From NCBI GenBank assembly GCA_038882955.1, contig JAVZNC010000001.1:64001-128000 (forward strand): a stretch of 64,000 nt of DNA. The letters are read 5' to 3'. The position numbers and the translations under genes are program-made. The stretch comes from Candidatus Bathyarchaeia archaeon. Its GTDB lineage: Archaea; Thermoproteota; Bathyarchaeia; Bathyarchaeales; Bathycorpusculaceae. Positions 10,301-20,011 of the stretch are shown here, in pieces. Positions within the stretch are counted from its first letter, which is position 1, and the number at the start of each line of letters is the position of its first letter. A model generated the notes under the pieces. The model saw only the letters and a program-made list of their open reading frames with translations, was not told the DNA's origin and made no database searches.

Positions 10301-11131
10301 CTGTAGGAGTTCTGAAAGGTCTTGAATTATGAGGGTTGGGGCTCCAGCATCCATGTTCTCTTTTAATCTCTGGTTTATGCGTATTATGTCCACAAGTTTG
10401 TGGGTTAAGTCGTCTTCCGAGCGTATGCCCGACTCAAGTGTGATTGATGGGCGAACGTAAACTGGCGGAACCGGAAGAACTTGTAGAACCATCCATTCTG
10501 GACGAGCAGCTTTGGAATTAAAACCTAAAATTTCAAGGTCGTCGTCCGGGATGCGTTCAAGTCTCTCGCGAACCATGCTCGGCGTTAGCGGTTCTGAACC
10601 GCTTTCTGGAATCTGCTCGCTAAATTTTGTTGGTTTCTCAAAAGTTATTTTGTACTGGACCGCGCCGCAGTGTGGACACTGTTTGGTTTTCGCCTCTTGT
10701 ACGACTCCCTTGCTAACCTCGTCTGGAACAACGCCAAGAAGCTGTTTAGTTTTTCCAATTTTTGCCTTCACACGCTTTATGGTTTCGTCTGGCAGCAGTA
10801 TGCGTCCGCAGTTCCTGCATGTTGCCCTCAAAAGGTCATAGATTAACTTTGTAAATTCTATGTGTATAATGGGAACGGCAAGTTCAATATGCCCGAAATG
10901 CCCTGGACACCTAACCGCAGTGTTTCCGCACGTCTTGCATCTTTGCCTCGGCTCTAAAGTCCCAAGCCTGCCATCCATAAGCCCAGCGGTTATTGGCGCG
11001 CCATCCTCGTCATAAGTGTCTGGCGTTTGAATCTCCACAACGGACAACTTGCGAATCTCTTGTGGCGAGAACAATCCGAATCGGATTTCATCTACAACTT
11101 TATGCACTATTTCTTCTACAGCCATAATCAT
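7301..11131 (-). CDS. rpoA: DNA-directed RNA polymerase largest subunit, A' and A'' fused
   Basis: CPGHFGHIEL, catalytic NADFDGDEMN, then A''-type QSIGEPGTQMTLRTFH and ARAAFE in one 1276-aa ORF. Confidence 0.98.
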   Translation of the reverse strand: MIMAVEEIVHKVVDEIRFGLFSPQEIRKLSVVEIQTPDTYDEDGAPITAGLMDGRLGTLEPRQRCKTCGNTAVRCPGHFGHIELAVPIIHIEFTKLIYDLLRATCRNCGRILLPDETIKRVKAKIGKTKQLLGVVPDEVSKGVVQEAKTKQCPHCGAVQYKITFEKPTKFSEQIPESGSEPLTPSMVRERLERIPDDDLEILGFNSKAARPEWMVLQVLPVPPVYVRPSITLESGIRSEDDLTHKLVDIIRINQRLKENMDAGAPTLIIQDLSELLQYHVTTYFNNEASGIPPARHRSGRALKTLSQRLKGKEGRFRSNLSGKRVDFSARTVISPDPNLDISEVGVPQEVAMRLSVPEKVTEWNIEEMRKLVINGPEKYPGALYIIRPDGKRIRLEFVTDRTKIAEAVEPGYIVERHLKNGDIAIFNRQPSLHRMSIMAHYVRVLPYKTFRLHLCVCPPYNADFDGDEMNLHIPQSEEARTEALMLMQVQDQILSPRFGGPIIGAIRDFITAAYLFTRKNNYLTGSEVGRLLAAAGYDGPLPEPKIKEPQPLWTGKQIFSLFLPKDFNYVLKATICQGCVKCQEENCPHDAYVVVKNGELISGVIDRRSIGAEQSESLLHRIIKDYGTKAGREFLNKITRLLKLFISMRGFTYSYKELVLSPEAENKIKKTMERVQKKVEELIESYRNGTLQGLPGQTLEESFEIYVMNELATARDEAGKIADRDFTLENAGIVMTRTGARGSSLNIGQMSACVGQQSVRGKRILRGYIGRALPHFKTGDPSPRARGFVYSSYQKGLDSIEFFFHAMGGREGLVDTAVRTQQSGYMQRRLINALEHIRLEYDGTVRNSAGDIIQFKYGEDGVDPAKSDHGKAVNVSRLVDQIRIATGRGKPAEAEYIKKKIKEVEDQLTPLLIDELKQSLSKAKISKEGVDKAVKLTVEHYKRSLMEPGEAVGIIAAQSIGEPGTQMTLRTFHYAGVREQNVTLGLPRLIEIVDARRIPSTPIMTIYLTEKHRKSREAAVKIARNIVYTALENLARAIYEDAVRGEIVVELNKVMMEDRGVTLEELKEKLQIQNCTIKMKGNTIRVKPKKEENLKKLLDKISAFYIKGIQGIKRVLVTEEKGEWIIRTDGSNLPKVLEICGVDTSRTTTNNIHEIAKTLGIEAARNALINESRGVLEEQGLDVDVRHVMLVADMMTSTGEVQQIGRHGISGKKSSVLARAAFEITVPNIVDAAVKGESDPLEGVTENVIVGQSIPIGTGLVELYMSTFEMGRKNEK

Positions 11132-14100
11132 GCCTTCTCCTTAAGCTTTAATCTAGGCGCAATACAAAGGCTCATTAACTCTTGTAGAAGCAGTTTAAAA
11201 GCGTATGAAACCACGACGGGAGAGATTTTCGCCTTGTCCTCGCAGACCTTGCATACGTACTTGCGTTGTTTCATGTCGTAATAGGCGATGTAGCCGCAGT
11301 TTTCGCAAACATAAAGAGTGTATTTGTCAGATTCCTCGAGCAGCCTATCGCGGAGAAGCATCGCCGCGCCATGACCTATCAAGCAGTCGCGCTCCATCTC
11401 GCCGAACCTCAAGCCTCCGCCTCTGGCTCTCCCCTCTGTAGGTTGCCTCGTCAACATTTGCACTTGTCCTCTCGCCCTAGCATGTATCTTGTCTGCAACC
11501 ATGTGGTGAAGTTTCTGGTAATAGACGATTCCAACGAAAACGTCTGCAACGAATTTTTCTCCAGTTATCCCATTGTAGAACACTTCTGTTCCAGTGTGGC
11601 TGAATCCAAGTTTTATCAACGCTTTTCGCAGTTCATCAGATCTTTCGCTTGTGAATGGTGTTCCGTCAACTGGTTTTCCACGGACAGCAGCAACCTTTCC
11701 AGCGATTGACTCTATAAACTGTCCAATAGTCATTCTCGACGGAATCGCATGTGGATTAATTATTATGTCTGGAACTACGCCGTCCTCAGTGAAGGGCAAA
11801 TCTTCTTGTGGAACAATCAAGCCTATAACGCCCTTTTGCCCATGCCGCGAAGCAAACTTGTCGCCTAACTCGGGTACACGCTGGTCGCGCACCCTAACCT
11901 TCACGAGTTTGCTTCCCTCGCCAGACTCTGTCAAGAACACGGCATCCACTATGCCAGTTTCCGATGGACGCATATCCACGGAAGTGTCACGCATCGAGGG
12001 ACCCTTCACTTCGAACTCCTTGTACTCCTCAATAAACCTCGGCGGGCTAATTCTGCCTATGAGGACATCTCCACCAGCAACGGCAGACTCCAAACTTATT
12101 ATCCCGTCTGGCTCAAGCAGCCTATAGTACTGTTCGCCCCTGTACCCGCGGGTTCCAGGCTCTGGCAACGTGAACTTGTCCTTTAAACCGCCAAGGTATT
12201 GGCGGCATTCAGCCTCATATATCCTATAAAATGTTGAGCGGGCTAAGCCCCTTTCTATCGAGGCTTTGTTAAATATTAGGGCGTCTTCCATGTTATAGCC
12301 TTCATAAGAGAGAACAGCAACCACACAGTTTTGTCCCGATGGACGAAGCTTATAGCCCATAACATCCATCAAGGCGGTTTCAACAAGCGGCACTTGCGGA
12401 TAATGAAGTATATGCGACCTTGAGTCTACTCTTTGATGGAAGTTTGTAGCGTAAACGCCTAAGGCTTGCTTCGCCATTGCCGCCTGGTAGGAGTTGCGTG
12501 GCGACTGGTTGTGTTCTGCGTACGGTATTGTTGACGCGCATATTCCAAGAATTGTATAGGTTGCAATTTCCAGGTGCGTGTGTTCTGGCGTTAGCTCTTC
12601 TTGGCTAACGGCGACGTAGGCGTTTTCCTCTTCTTCGGCGTCGAGGTATTCGATTAAACCGTTCTTGACAAGGTCCTCCCAAGACCATTCTCCAGAAGCT
12701 ACCTTCTCGACGTGTTCGCGTTGAAGCCTCGGCACGCCATTATCAACTATTATGAGTGGACGCCGCACCCTTCCCTCATCACAGTTAACGTAAACCTCTT
12801 CCTTTTCAGTTTGAAGTTTTGGATAATAGGCTATGTTGACTTCGGTTGAGATTTCACCTCTTCTCCGCCTCTCCCTAAATTCCCGTGTCAACTCTTCTGG
12901 AGAAACACAATATCCAATTATGTTTCCATCAACAAAGACCTTGGCTCCAGAAAGCTTGAGAGTTTCATTCGCCTCCTCTATGGGGACAACACCCATATCA
13001 AAAAGCACCTGCTTTATCTTTTCGGGGTTCACGCCAACAGAAATGCATGCGGACAAAGCCAAATTTTTGACAAGCCCGCAGTTTGAACCTTCAGGCGTCT
13101 CGTTTGGGCATAGGCGTCCCCAGTGTGTTGGATGCAAGTCTCGCGCTTCAAAGTTTGGTTGGCTTCTGCTCAATGGAGACTGCAACCTTCGCAAGTGGCT
13201 TAAGGTTGAAAGGTGGTTTGTTCTGTCCAAAAGCTGTGTTACGCCGACCCTTCCCCTTCCCCAATTTCCAGTTGCAAGCGCATGCTGAAGTCTCTCGCTT
13301 ATTATTCCTGGACGAACAGCCGCAGAAACAGTTATTATTGGACCTTTAACGCCTATGCGTTCAAGCTGATACTTTATGTCTCTGACAAGGTTTCTGAACG
13401 CCACTCGAAAGAGGTCTGCAAGCAGCGGTCCCGCAAGCCTTAGCCTCTTGTTTTTGAAGTGGTCTTTGTCATCTGGCTGTCTCCTTCCAAGTTTTAATTC
13501 AATTACGCGGCACGCCATCTCACCTAGAAAGATTGCCTTTGCCCTTCTGCTTTGACTTGTTCTCCCAATGTGTGGCAAAAAGTTCTTGTCAAGTATTGTT
13601 TCAGCCTTTTGGATGCGGTACTCCTCAACTTGACCATGCGCAACACGATTGCCAATAAACAATATTGCGTCTTTCACAGTATCAACGCCAAGGGACTTTT
13701 CAAACGTCGTTTCAAGCTCCGCTTGAATGTCCCTATCCAAAGAAACGGCTTCGGCTATTTCCTTGTCTGACTCCAAGCCTAGGGCGCGCATCACCACAAC
13801 AAGCGGAATTTCCGAAGGCACGCCTGGCATTGAAACGTATATTGCCTCATCGGATTTCAGTTTAAGCTCAATTCTCGCCCTAAAACCAACAGTAGTTGAA
13901 AACATCTTCGCTTGGTAAACTGGCGTTGCACCTTTCTCGTCTATGTCAACTATAATGCGATTAGGAGCCAAATCTTCCATCGCAACAATGACGCGCTCCG
14001 AACCGTTAACAATAAAGTAGCCTCCAGGGTCATCTGGGTCTTCTCCACAAGCTATTAGTTCTTCCCTCGAAAGCTGCGATAAAAAGCACAGCTTTGATTT

Positions 14101-14493
14101 GAGCATCACTGGAATGTTTCCGATGAATACAAGTTCTGTGTCTTGTTCCCTGCCGTCAATCACCGGCGTCATTTCAAGCGCTACTGGCGCAGCGTAAGTT
14201 AAGTTGCGGAGCCTTGCCTCCATCGGGTAAATTTCATGCTTTGTCCCGTCAACCTCGGTCGCGTAAGGTCCAGTTATTCTAGTCTGGGGGTCTATTATCC
14301 AAACCTGTCCAAGCTTGACCTTGTAGGGGCTTTCTGGAACCTCTATTGGGATTTCGCCAACTTCGTCTATGACCTCTTGAAGCCCGTGGTCGATAAACTC
14401 GTTGAAAGAGTCCAGATGCTGACGCACAAGGCCCTTTTCTATAAAGAATGCCTTCAACAGCTGATTTCTATCCTCTTTTGAAAATTCAGTCAA
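11128..14493 (-). CDS. rpoB: DNA-directed RNA polymerase subunit B (unsplit)
   Basis: GGYFIVNGSERV, ETPEG, GDKFASRHGQKG, GGLRFGEMERD, C-terminal Zn ribbon. Confidence 0.98.
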   Translation of the reverse strand: MTEFSKEDRNQLLKAFFIEKGLVRQHLDSFNEFIDHGLQEVIDEVGEIPIEVPESPYKVKLGQVWIIDPQTRITGPYATEVDGTKHEIYPMEARLRNLTYAAPVALEMTPVIDGREQDTELVFIGNIPVMLKSKLCFLSQLSREELIACGEDPDDPGGYFIVNGSERVIVAMEDLAPNRIIVDIDEKGATPVYQAKMFSTTVGFRARIELKLKSDEAIYVSMPGVPSEIPLVVVMRALGLESDKEIAEAVSLDRDIQAELETTFEKSLGVDTVKDAILFIGNRVAHGQVEEYRIQKAETILDKNFLPHIGRTSQSRRAKAIFLGEMACRVIELKLGRRQPDDKDHFKNKRLRLAGPLLADLFRVAFRNLVRDIKYQLERIGVKGPIITVSAAVRPGIISERLQHALATGNWGRGRVGVTQLLDRTNHLSTLSHLRRLQSPLSRSQPNFEARDLHPTHWGRLCPNETPEGSNCGLVKNLALSACISVGVNPEKIKQVLFDMGVVPIEEANETLKLSGAKVFVDGNIIGYCVSPEELTREFRERRRRGEISTEVNIAYYPKLQTEKEEVYVNCDEGRVRRPLIIVDNGVPRLQREHVEKVASGEWSWEDLVKNGLIEYLDAEEEENAYVAVSQEELTPEHTHLEIATYTILGICASTIPYAEHNQSPRNSYQAAMAKQALGVYATNFHQRVDSRSHILHYPQVPLVETALMDVMGYKLRPSGQNCVVAVLSYEGYNMEDALIFNKASIERGLARSTFYRIYEAECRQYLGGLKDKFTLPEPGTRGYRGEQYYRLLEPDGIISLESAVAGGDVLIGRISPPRFIEEYKEFEVKGPSMRDTSVDMRPSETGIVDAVFLTESGEGSKLVKVRVRDQRVPELGDKFASRHGQKGVIGLIVPQEDLPFTEDGVVPDIIINPHAIPSRMTIGQFIESIAGKVAAVRGKPVDGTPFTSERSDELRKALIKLGFSHTGTEVFYNGITGEKFVADVFVGIVYYQKLHHMVADKIHARARGQVQMLTRQPTEGRARGGGLRFGEMERDCLIGHGAAMLLRDRLLEESDKYTLYVCENCGYIAYYDMKQRKYVCKVCEDKAKISPVVVSYAFKLLLQELMSLCIAPRLKLKEKA

Positions 14494-14721
14494 TCAGAAT
14501 CCTCCATTCAATATTAAACATAAATGTATGGGGAACATTCGACGCGTATCTTTTCAAACTTTCAATTTCCTCCAATGCGAGGGTCATCCAACTAAAAAGT
14601 CTCCAATTTTAAAGAGCTAAAAACGTAAACCACACACCCCATTAATAAACTTTTTTGTGCAAAAAGTCATCTTCGCACTCGGGAAATAATTAATAAGAAA
14701 GAAAACCAGAAAAACTTGTAG

Positions 14722-14839
14722 GCGGCGGTAGCCAAGCCAGGTCAAAGGCGGAGGACTCAAGATCGGCGTTTAAGGGCTAGACCCCCTATGAGCCATCCTC
14801 TCCCGTAGGGGTTCGCCGGTTCAAATCCGGCCCGCCGCA
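14722..14839 (+). tRNA. tRNA-Leu(CAA) with 33-nt intron at 37/38 (14762-14794)
   Basis: Acceptor GCGGCGG/CCGCCGC, anticodon stem GAGGA/TCCTC, long variable arm, T-arm GCCGG-TTCAAAT-CCGGC; bulge-helix-bulge with CTCA:TGAG helix and AGA/CCA bulges; CCA not encoded. Confidence 0.93.
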
Positions 14840-14956
14840 TCAAGCCTCGTTTTGTTGAACGTATCGCTTTGTGCTTTTTAGTTAGGTTTTGTGTTTCAGA
14901 TTTTGGGTTAATAAGGCATATATTCGCGTGGTCTTTCTATTAAATAACTACCTTGG

Positions 14957-15808
14957 GTGGTCATATTGTGCACCTACCAAATTATACAAGAAGGTGTACG
15001 ATGGAATCCCGAGGGATATTTTAAGCCTTTAAATATTGGAAGAATCATGCTTTCTGACAAAAACAGAAAAATTTACGGGTTTGTCATAGAATCAAAGGTG
15101 GAGAAGAATGCGCTTAGGGATTTGTCTGCACTGGCATATGATTCGGGCGTTGTTGTTCGTTATATTCAATTTTCAATGGAGGAAATAGACAAACCAGTTT
15201 TAACTGCCATCACTTTCCTAGACTTTTCAGGAGCAAAAATTTCACCAGAACAAGTTCTAAATCTTATCAGAAGCCAAAGTTTTGTGGTTAATGCCCAGCT
15301 TATAAAACCTAGTAGGAATGGCATTTTTTATGATAATCACTTTTTCCCTTTGGTGACTGACGAAAACCAGAGGGTGGTGATATTCAGAAAATCAATTTAC
15401 AAAGCTTTGTTCAACGGTATTAGGAAGAAGTTCGGCTCCGCTGGCGACGCGATGTTGTACTATCAAGGTTTCACCATTGGATTTGAGGCGTATGATGAGT
15501 ATATTAGGGCTGCTGGTTCAGAAGAGCCAGAAGATTTGATAGAGGTTGCCAAGGCAGTTAATATGACTTTGGGTTGGGGAATAATTGACGATGTACGGGT
15601 TGACGTTAAAAGGAGAAAGGCGCGGTTGCGAATATACGGAAGCTTTGAGTGTGAACTTAGCGAAGGCTCTGAAAAGCCCTACAGCCAATTCTATAGGGGC
15701 GCCATCGCTGGAATCTTTGCGCGGTTTTTTGGAAAAGATGTTAAAGTTGATGAAGTTAAATGCATCGCAAAGGGAAACCCATACTGTGAATTCGTGGTTA
15801 AAGGATGA
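14957..15808 (+). CDS. V4R-domain ligand-binding protein with N-terminal ACT-like region
   Basis: LGWG, SFEC, GAIAGIF, EVKCIAKGNPYCEF are V4R motifs; true start probably downstream of 14957. Confidence 0.85.
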   Translation: MVILCTYQIIQEGVRWNPEGYFKPLNIGRIMLSDKNRKIYGFVIESKVEKNALRDLSALAYDSGVVVRYIQFSMEEIDKPVLTAITFLDFSGAKISPEQVLNLIRSQSFVVNAQLIKPSRNGIFYDNHFFPLVTDENQRVVIFRKSIYKALFNGIRKKFGSAGDAMLYYQGFTIGFEAYDEYIRAAGSEEPEDLIEVAKAVNMTLGWGIIDDVRVDVKRRKARLRIYGSFECELSEGSEKPYSQFYRGAIAGIFARFFGKDVKVDEVKCIAKGNPYCEFVVKG

Positions 15809-15863
15809 ATTTAAACTCTTGAAATCTTAAAATTTTTATATCCCATGAATCAGAATTATTTGA

Positions 15864-16064
15864 TTGCTTCGTTGGGGCGCATGTGCGCCTATGACAGGCG
15901 AAGGAAAAGGAAAAATCGTAGATAGAGGGAAGAAATACAGCAAAATTTTCATTTACATACCCAAGGAGGTTTCTACAGATACGAGTTTTCCATTTAAGGT
16001 CGGCGAAGATGTAAACGTAAAAATTGACGGAAAAAAATTAATTATCGAGAAAAGAAAGCAGTAA
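15864..16064 (+). CDS. AbrB/MazE/SpoVT-family DNA-binding protein
   Basis: IYIPKEV...FKVGEDVNVKIDGKKLIIEK swapped-hairpin pattern; start probably the internal Met (MTGEGK). Confidence 0.75.
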   Translation: MLRWGACAPMTGEGKGKIVDRGKKYSKIFIYIPKEVSTDTSFPFKVGEDVNVKIDGKKLIIEKRKQ

Positions 16065-16103
16065 GCAACGTGTGCCTAAAGCAAGTAAAGTAAGTGGCGG
16101 AAC

Positions 16104-16667
16104 TTGGAAGATAAACAGTTGCCTCCTGGACAAAGAAAAGCAAGGAGCATCCCTTTACGCCACATAGGTGAAATTCCGCGGGTCAGCGCTGAAACATGGC
16201 GTTTGGAAGTTTATGGTGAAGTTGAAGCGCTAAAAGTGTTCAGTTTTGAGGATTTGAGGCGCATGCCAAGCGTCGTGGTTGTTTCTGATTTTCATTGCGT
16301 GGAAGGTTGGAGCTTACTGGATAACAAGTGGGAGGGTGCACCTTTTAAGGCGATTATGGATGCGGTTAAGCCGAAGGCTACAGCGAAATATGTAAGTTTT
16401 GAGTGTTATGATGGTTATACAACTTCGCTTCCACTTTCAGAACTGCTTAAAGAAAACGTTATTTTGGCTTACAAATTGAATGATGAGCCTCTGCCCCTTG
16501 AGAGAGGAGGTCCAGTTAGGCTTATTGTTCCGCATAAATACGCCTATAAGAGTCCGATGTGGCTGAGAAAGGCGAAGTTTACTTCTGTCCGTGAGTTGGG
16601 CTATTGGGAAATGCGTGGCTACAGCGATACTGCCGACCCGTGGAAAGAGGATAGACGCGCTGAATAG
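16104..16667 (+). CDS. Molybdopterin-dependent oxidoreductase (sulfite oxidase-like)
   Basis: LPPGQ, DFHCVEGWS, GGPVRLIVPHKYAYKS, GYWEMRGYS. Confidence 0.9.
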   Translation: MEDKQLPPGQRKARSIPLRHIGEIPRVSAETWRLEVYGEVEALKVFSFEDLRRMPSVVVVSDFHCVEGWSLLDNKWEGAPFKAIMDAVKPKATAKYVSFECYDGYTTSLPLSELLKENVILAYKLNDEPLPLERGGPVRLIVPHKYAYKSPMWLRKAKFTSVRELGYWEMRGYSDTADPWKEDRRAE

Positions 16668-16962
16668 CAGTGCGTGTTTTGGAGTTTGTTTTGTATTTTT
16701 GTTGCACTTTTATACCATAATGTTTATTAAGACTTGCGATACCATAGGCTGAAACTCGGTGGATGAAAGAATGAGAAAAAGACCAGACACAAACATAACC
16801 CAGAGAATTGAAGAAATGAAATCTGAAACGTTAACAGTTGAATTTCTGATATACGAAGCTTTAATTCGTAACAAAACACTCTAAAAAACATAAAACGCGC
16901 AAAACAGCAACTCAAGCTTTTAAAGCAGCTTTCTCGTCTAACAATACAAAAGTGGAAGAAGA

Positions 16963-17433
16963 ATGGTTAACAAAAATCTCGTAGGTAGATGCGGACTGTA
17001 TTGCGGTGCCTGCGGAATCTATAGAGCCTACAGAGACAAGGGCGAATTCCTAAAAAAAATCGCAAAGAACTTCAAATGCCCACCAGAAAAAGTGAGATGT
17101 GAAGGCTGTATGGCTTTAACACAAGAATGCTGGGGAAACGACTGCAAAATCGTTCAATGCCTTGAAAACAAAGGATTGAAATTTTGTTATCAATGCAGCG
17201 AATATGAAAAGGATTCTTGCGAAAAGTTCATGAAGCTAGCTCAGCGCTATGCAAAAATCGGAGTGAACGTGAAGGAAAATCTTAAAAGAATCAAAAAAGG
17301 CGAAACAGAAGAATGGCTTCATGAAAGCGCGAATAAATATACATGTCCATTCTGCGGGAAACCCCTGCCAGTTTACGGGACTGAAGGCAAATGTTATCAC
17401 TGTGGAAGTACAATTCCAGAAGTGTTCGCTTAA
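16963..17433 (+). CDS. Cys-rich DUF3795-type protein with C-terminal zinc ribbon
   Basis: CGLYCGAC, CEGC, CKIVQC, FCYQC, CPFCG...CYHCG. Confidence 0.8.
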   Translation: MVNKNLVGRCGLYCGACGIYRAYRDKGEFLKKIAKNFKCPPEKVRCEGCMALTQECWGNDCKIVQCLENKGLKFCYQCSEYEKDSCEKFMKLAQRYAKIGVNVKENLKRIKKGETEEWLHESANKYTCPFCGKPLPVYGTEGKCYHCGSTIPEVFA

Positions 17434-17507
17434 GGTGCCCTTGCTAGGCAAAGGATATATCCTACTGTTTGGTTTAGAAACCCTACAAATTTGATAATGA
17501 CTGGGCA

Positions 17508-18446
17508 TTGCAAAGGCGAATGCAAGTGGAGTTAAGAGACAAGATACTTAAACTGAAGAAAGAGAAGAAAGCCATAATACTCGCACACAACTACCAGCGA
17601 CCAGAAATTCAAGATATTGCAGACTACATTGGCGACAGCATAGAATTAAGCAAGAAGGCAATGGAGGAAAAAGAGGCTGAAATCATACTTTTCTCTGCAG
17701 TGGATTTTATGGCTGAATCCGCGGCGATACTTAACCCAGAAAAGAAAGTTTTGCTGCCAACCCTTGGCGCACGCTGTCCAATGGCGCAGATGCTTACAGT
17801 TGACGAAATTAAGAGGTGGAAAGTTCTCTATCCACTTGTGCCAGTCGTCCTATACGTTAACACATTGGCATCCGCAAAAGCCTACTGTGACGTCTGCTGC
17901 ACCTCAGCTAACGCGGTTGAGGTCATAGAATCAATCAACGCGGAAACCATCCTCTTTGGACCGGACAGAAACTTGGCTGAGCACGTTCAAGAAAAAACTG
18001 GAAAAACAATTATCCCAATACCAGAATGGGGCTTCTGTCCCACGCATCTGCTTTTCCAGCCAGAAGAGGTGCAAGTTCTCAAAACGCAATATCCAGACGC
18101 CGTGGTCATGGTTCACCCAGAATGCACACAGGAAATGCGCAAAATAGCCGACTTTGTTGGAAGCACATCGCAAATGTGCCGTTACGCAAGGGAAAGCGGC
18201 ACAAAAACGTTCATTGTGGCAACTGAAGAGGGACTTTTGCATCGCCTAAGGAAGGATAACCCGCAAAAACAGTTCATTCTAGCCTACAAGGAAGCCGTAT
18301 GCCCAAACATGAAGTTAAACACTCTTGAAAGGCTTTACGTCGCCTTAAAAGAGGAAAAGTACGTCGTTAATATTCCAGAGCCAATAGCAAAACACGCCAG
18401 AAAAGCCTTAGAGCGAATGTTTGAAATAACAAACAAGAAAAGCTAA
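17508..18446 (+). CDS. nadA: Quinolinate synthase
   Basis: LAHNYQ, FMAE, CPMA, YVNT, CPTH, HPEC, GST, CPNMK. Confidence 0.96.
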   Translation: MQRRMQVELRDKILKLKKEKKAIILAHNYQRPEIQDIADYIGDSIELSKKAMEEKEAEIILFSAVDFMAESAAILNPEKKVLLPTLGARCPMAQMLTVDEIKRWKVLYPLVPVVLYVNTLASAKAYCDVCCTSANAVEVIESINAETILFGPDRNLAEHVQEKTGKTIIPIPEWGFCPTHLLFQPEEVQVLKTQYPDAVVMVHPECTQEMRKIADFVGSTSQMCRYARESGTKTFIVATEEGLLHRLRKDNPQKQFILAYKEAVCPNMKLNTLERLYVALKEEKYVVNIPEPIAKHARKALERMFEITNKKS

Positions 18447-18850
18447 ACATGAACAATAGTCATCTTAAGTATTTTAACACCTCTTTTCGAGGCTAACTCA
18501 TCGCTTAATTTTCTTATTTCCTCAGCTTTTCCCTTAACTGCAATAGCCTCTAGACAGTCACGTTCGCTAAGGTGAATATGCATAGTCGAACAGATTATAT
18601 GCGAATAGCGATGCTGAATATCCGTTAACGTGCTCTCTAACCCCCTAACCTCATGGTCGTAAAGCACAGTCAAAACGCCAGCTTTCTCGCCGTGCTCCTC
18701 ATGAAGCCACTTCTTCTCGGAAACAAACAGTCTCACAGCATCTTGAACAGCCTTTGAGCGATTCTCATAACCCATCTTACGCGTAACCTCGTCAAAATCC
18801 CTAAGCAAATCTGGCGGAAAAGTCACGCCAACACGAACAATCTTCGACAT
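18443..18850 (-). CDS. nikR: Nickel-responsive regulator NikR
   Basis: RHH N-terminus (RVGVT, NRSKA), YDHE, HIH...CLE nickel-binding residues. Confidence 0.93.
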   Translation of the reverse strand: MSKIVRVGVTFPPDLLRDFDEVTRKMGYENRSKAVQDAVRLFVSEKKWLHEEHGEKAGVLTVLYDHEVRGLESTLTDIQHRYSHIICSTMHIHLSERDCLEAIAVKGKAEEIRKLSDELASKRGVKILKMTIVHV

Positions 18851-19024
18851 GAATTTCCCGCTTATTACCTAGAAAGTATTCACAATAAAACTTTTGCTAG
18901 ACTTGCCATCCAACAGCAAATCAAACTTGAAATCTAGAGGGGATAACCATTATCGGCTTGTTTTAGCTCCAAAAGTATGTTTAAAAGCGGTTAATCTATG
19001 ACAGCAAACCTTTTATAAAGAATT

Positions 19025-19054
19025 GGTAATACTAAAATGCACAAAAGTGTTACC
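19025..19054 (+). promoter_or_regulatory. Putative NikR operator
   Basis: GGTAATAC-N14-GTGTTACC inverted repeat (6-16-6 spacing) between the TATA-like TTTTATAAA at 19011 and the NikM-like gene start. Confidence 0.75.
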
Positions 19055-19065
19055 GAGGTTTAAGT

Positions 19066-19737
19066 TTGCACATACCAGACGGACTAATAACGCCAGAAAT
19101 CGCCGCGTTAATGTACATAATATCACTCACTTTCCTCGCATGGTGTTGGAGAAAGGCAAAAACCACATATGAAAGGTCTCTCGCCTCACTTTTGGCAGTT
19201 TCAAGCGCATTCATATTCGTAGCGCAGATGATAAACTTCCCAATAGCATACGGGACAAGCGGGCACCTGGTTGGAGGAACATTCCTCGCCGTGCTCCTTG
19301 GACCTTACGCTGCAGCTTTAGGCATGACCATTGTACTGCTCATGCAAGCGTTATTCTTCGCGGACGGTGGTATAATGGCGCTTGGAGCAAACATTTTCAA
19401 CATGGCAGTGATAGGCGCACTAAGTTTCTTCATAATAAAATACCTCGCAAAAAACGCCGGCAGCAGAAAAGGCTTGTTTTTCACAAGTGTCTTTGTCGCC
19501 TCTTGGCTTTCGGTGGTTTTAGGCGCATTGGCATGCGCTTTGGAAATTTCTCCAGCGTTCTCAAACGTTGGAGGCATAACATCTACAATCCCAGCCATGC
19601 TCTTTTGGCATGTCCTAATAAGCTTATTCGAAGCAACAATAACAACAACCTTAACGACTCAGCTTTGGAGGCTACAGCCAACAGCGCTAAGCGGACTAAA
19701 CATTTTAATGAGGGGGGAACATGCGAGGCTACCTTAA
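19066..19737 (+). CDS. ECF-type Ni/Co transporter S component (CbiM/NikM)
   Basis: MHIPDG N-terminus, GTSGHLVGG, QALFFADGG. Confidence 0.93.
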   Translation: MHIPDGLITPEIAALMYIISLTFLAWCWRKAKTTYERSLASLLAVSSAFIFVAQMINFPIAYGTSGHLVGGTFLAVLLGPYAAALGMTIVLLMQALFFADGGIMALGANIFNMAVIGALSFFIIKYLAKNAGSRKGLFFTSVFVASWLSVVLGALACALEISPAFSNVGGITSTIPAMLFWHVLISLFEATITTTLTTQLWRLQPTALSGLNILMRGEHARLP

Positions 19738-20011
19738 AGCCCTAATCATAATATTGGTTTGTTTGGCAGTTTTGATACCATTCGCCTCGGAATTCCCAGA
19801 TGGTCTAGAAACAGTTGTTGAAAACTTCCAAATAAAAGAAAACGAGCCTTACTGGAAGGGTTTAATGCCAGACTACACGCTTCCAACAATAGAGAACCAA
19901 TATGCCTCAACGTTGTTGGCTGGAATCTGCGGATTCTTCCTTGTGTTAGCCGCAGCTTACACGGTAGGTTTAGCAGCAACAAAGCCAAAAGGTGAAAAAA
20001 GTGCACGATGA
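19721..20011 (+). CDS. PDGLE-domain protein (NikN-like)
   Basis: ASEFPDGLE...MPDY followed by a TM helix. Confidence 0.88.
   Translation: MRGYLKALIIILVCLAVLIPFASEFPDGLETVVENFQIKENEPYWKGLMPDYTLPTIENQYASTLLAGICGFFLVLAAAYTVGLAATKPKGEKSAR

Noticed and set aside
6629-14481. Many plus-strand ORFs opposite rpoA, rpoB and nusA (and similar antisense ORFs elsewhere)
   Set aside because: Antisense shadows of highly conserved genes with no motifs of their own
15864-16064. Toxin-antitoxin pair
   Set aside because: The AbrB-like gene has no adjacent PIN or MazF toxin; the next gene is a molybdopterin oxidoreductase
14840-17450. Integrated element at tRNA-Leu
   Set aside because: No integrase, no duplicated tRNA 3' end seen, and the downstream genes are ordinary cellular functions
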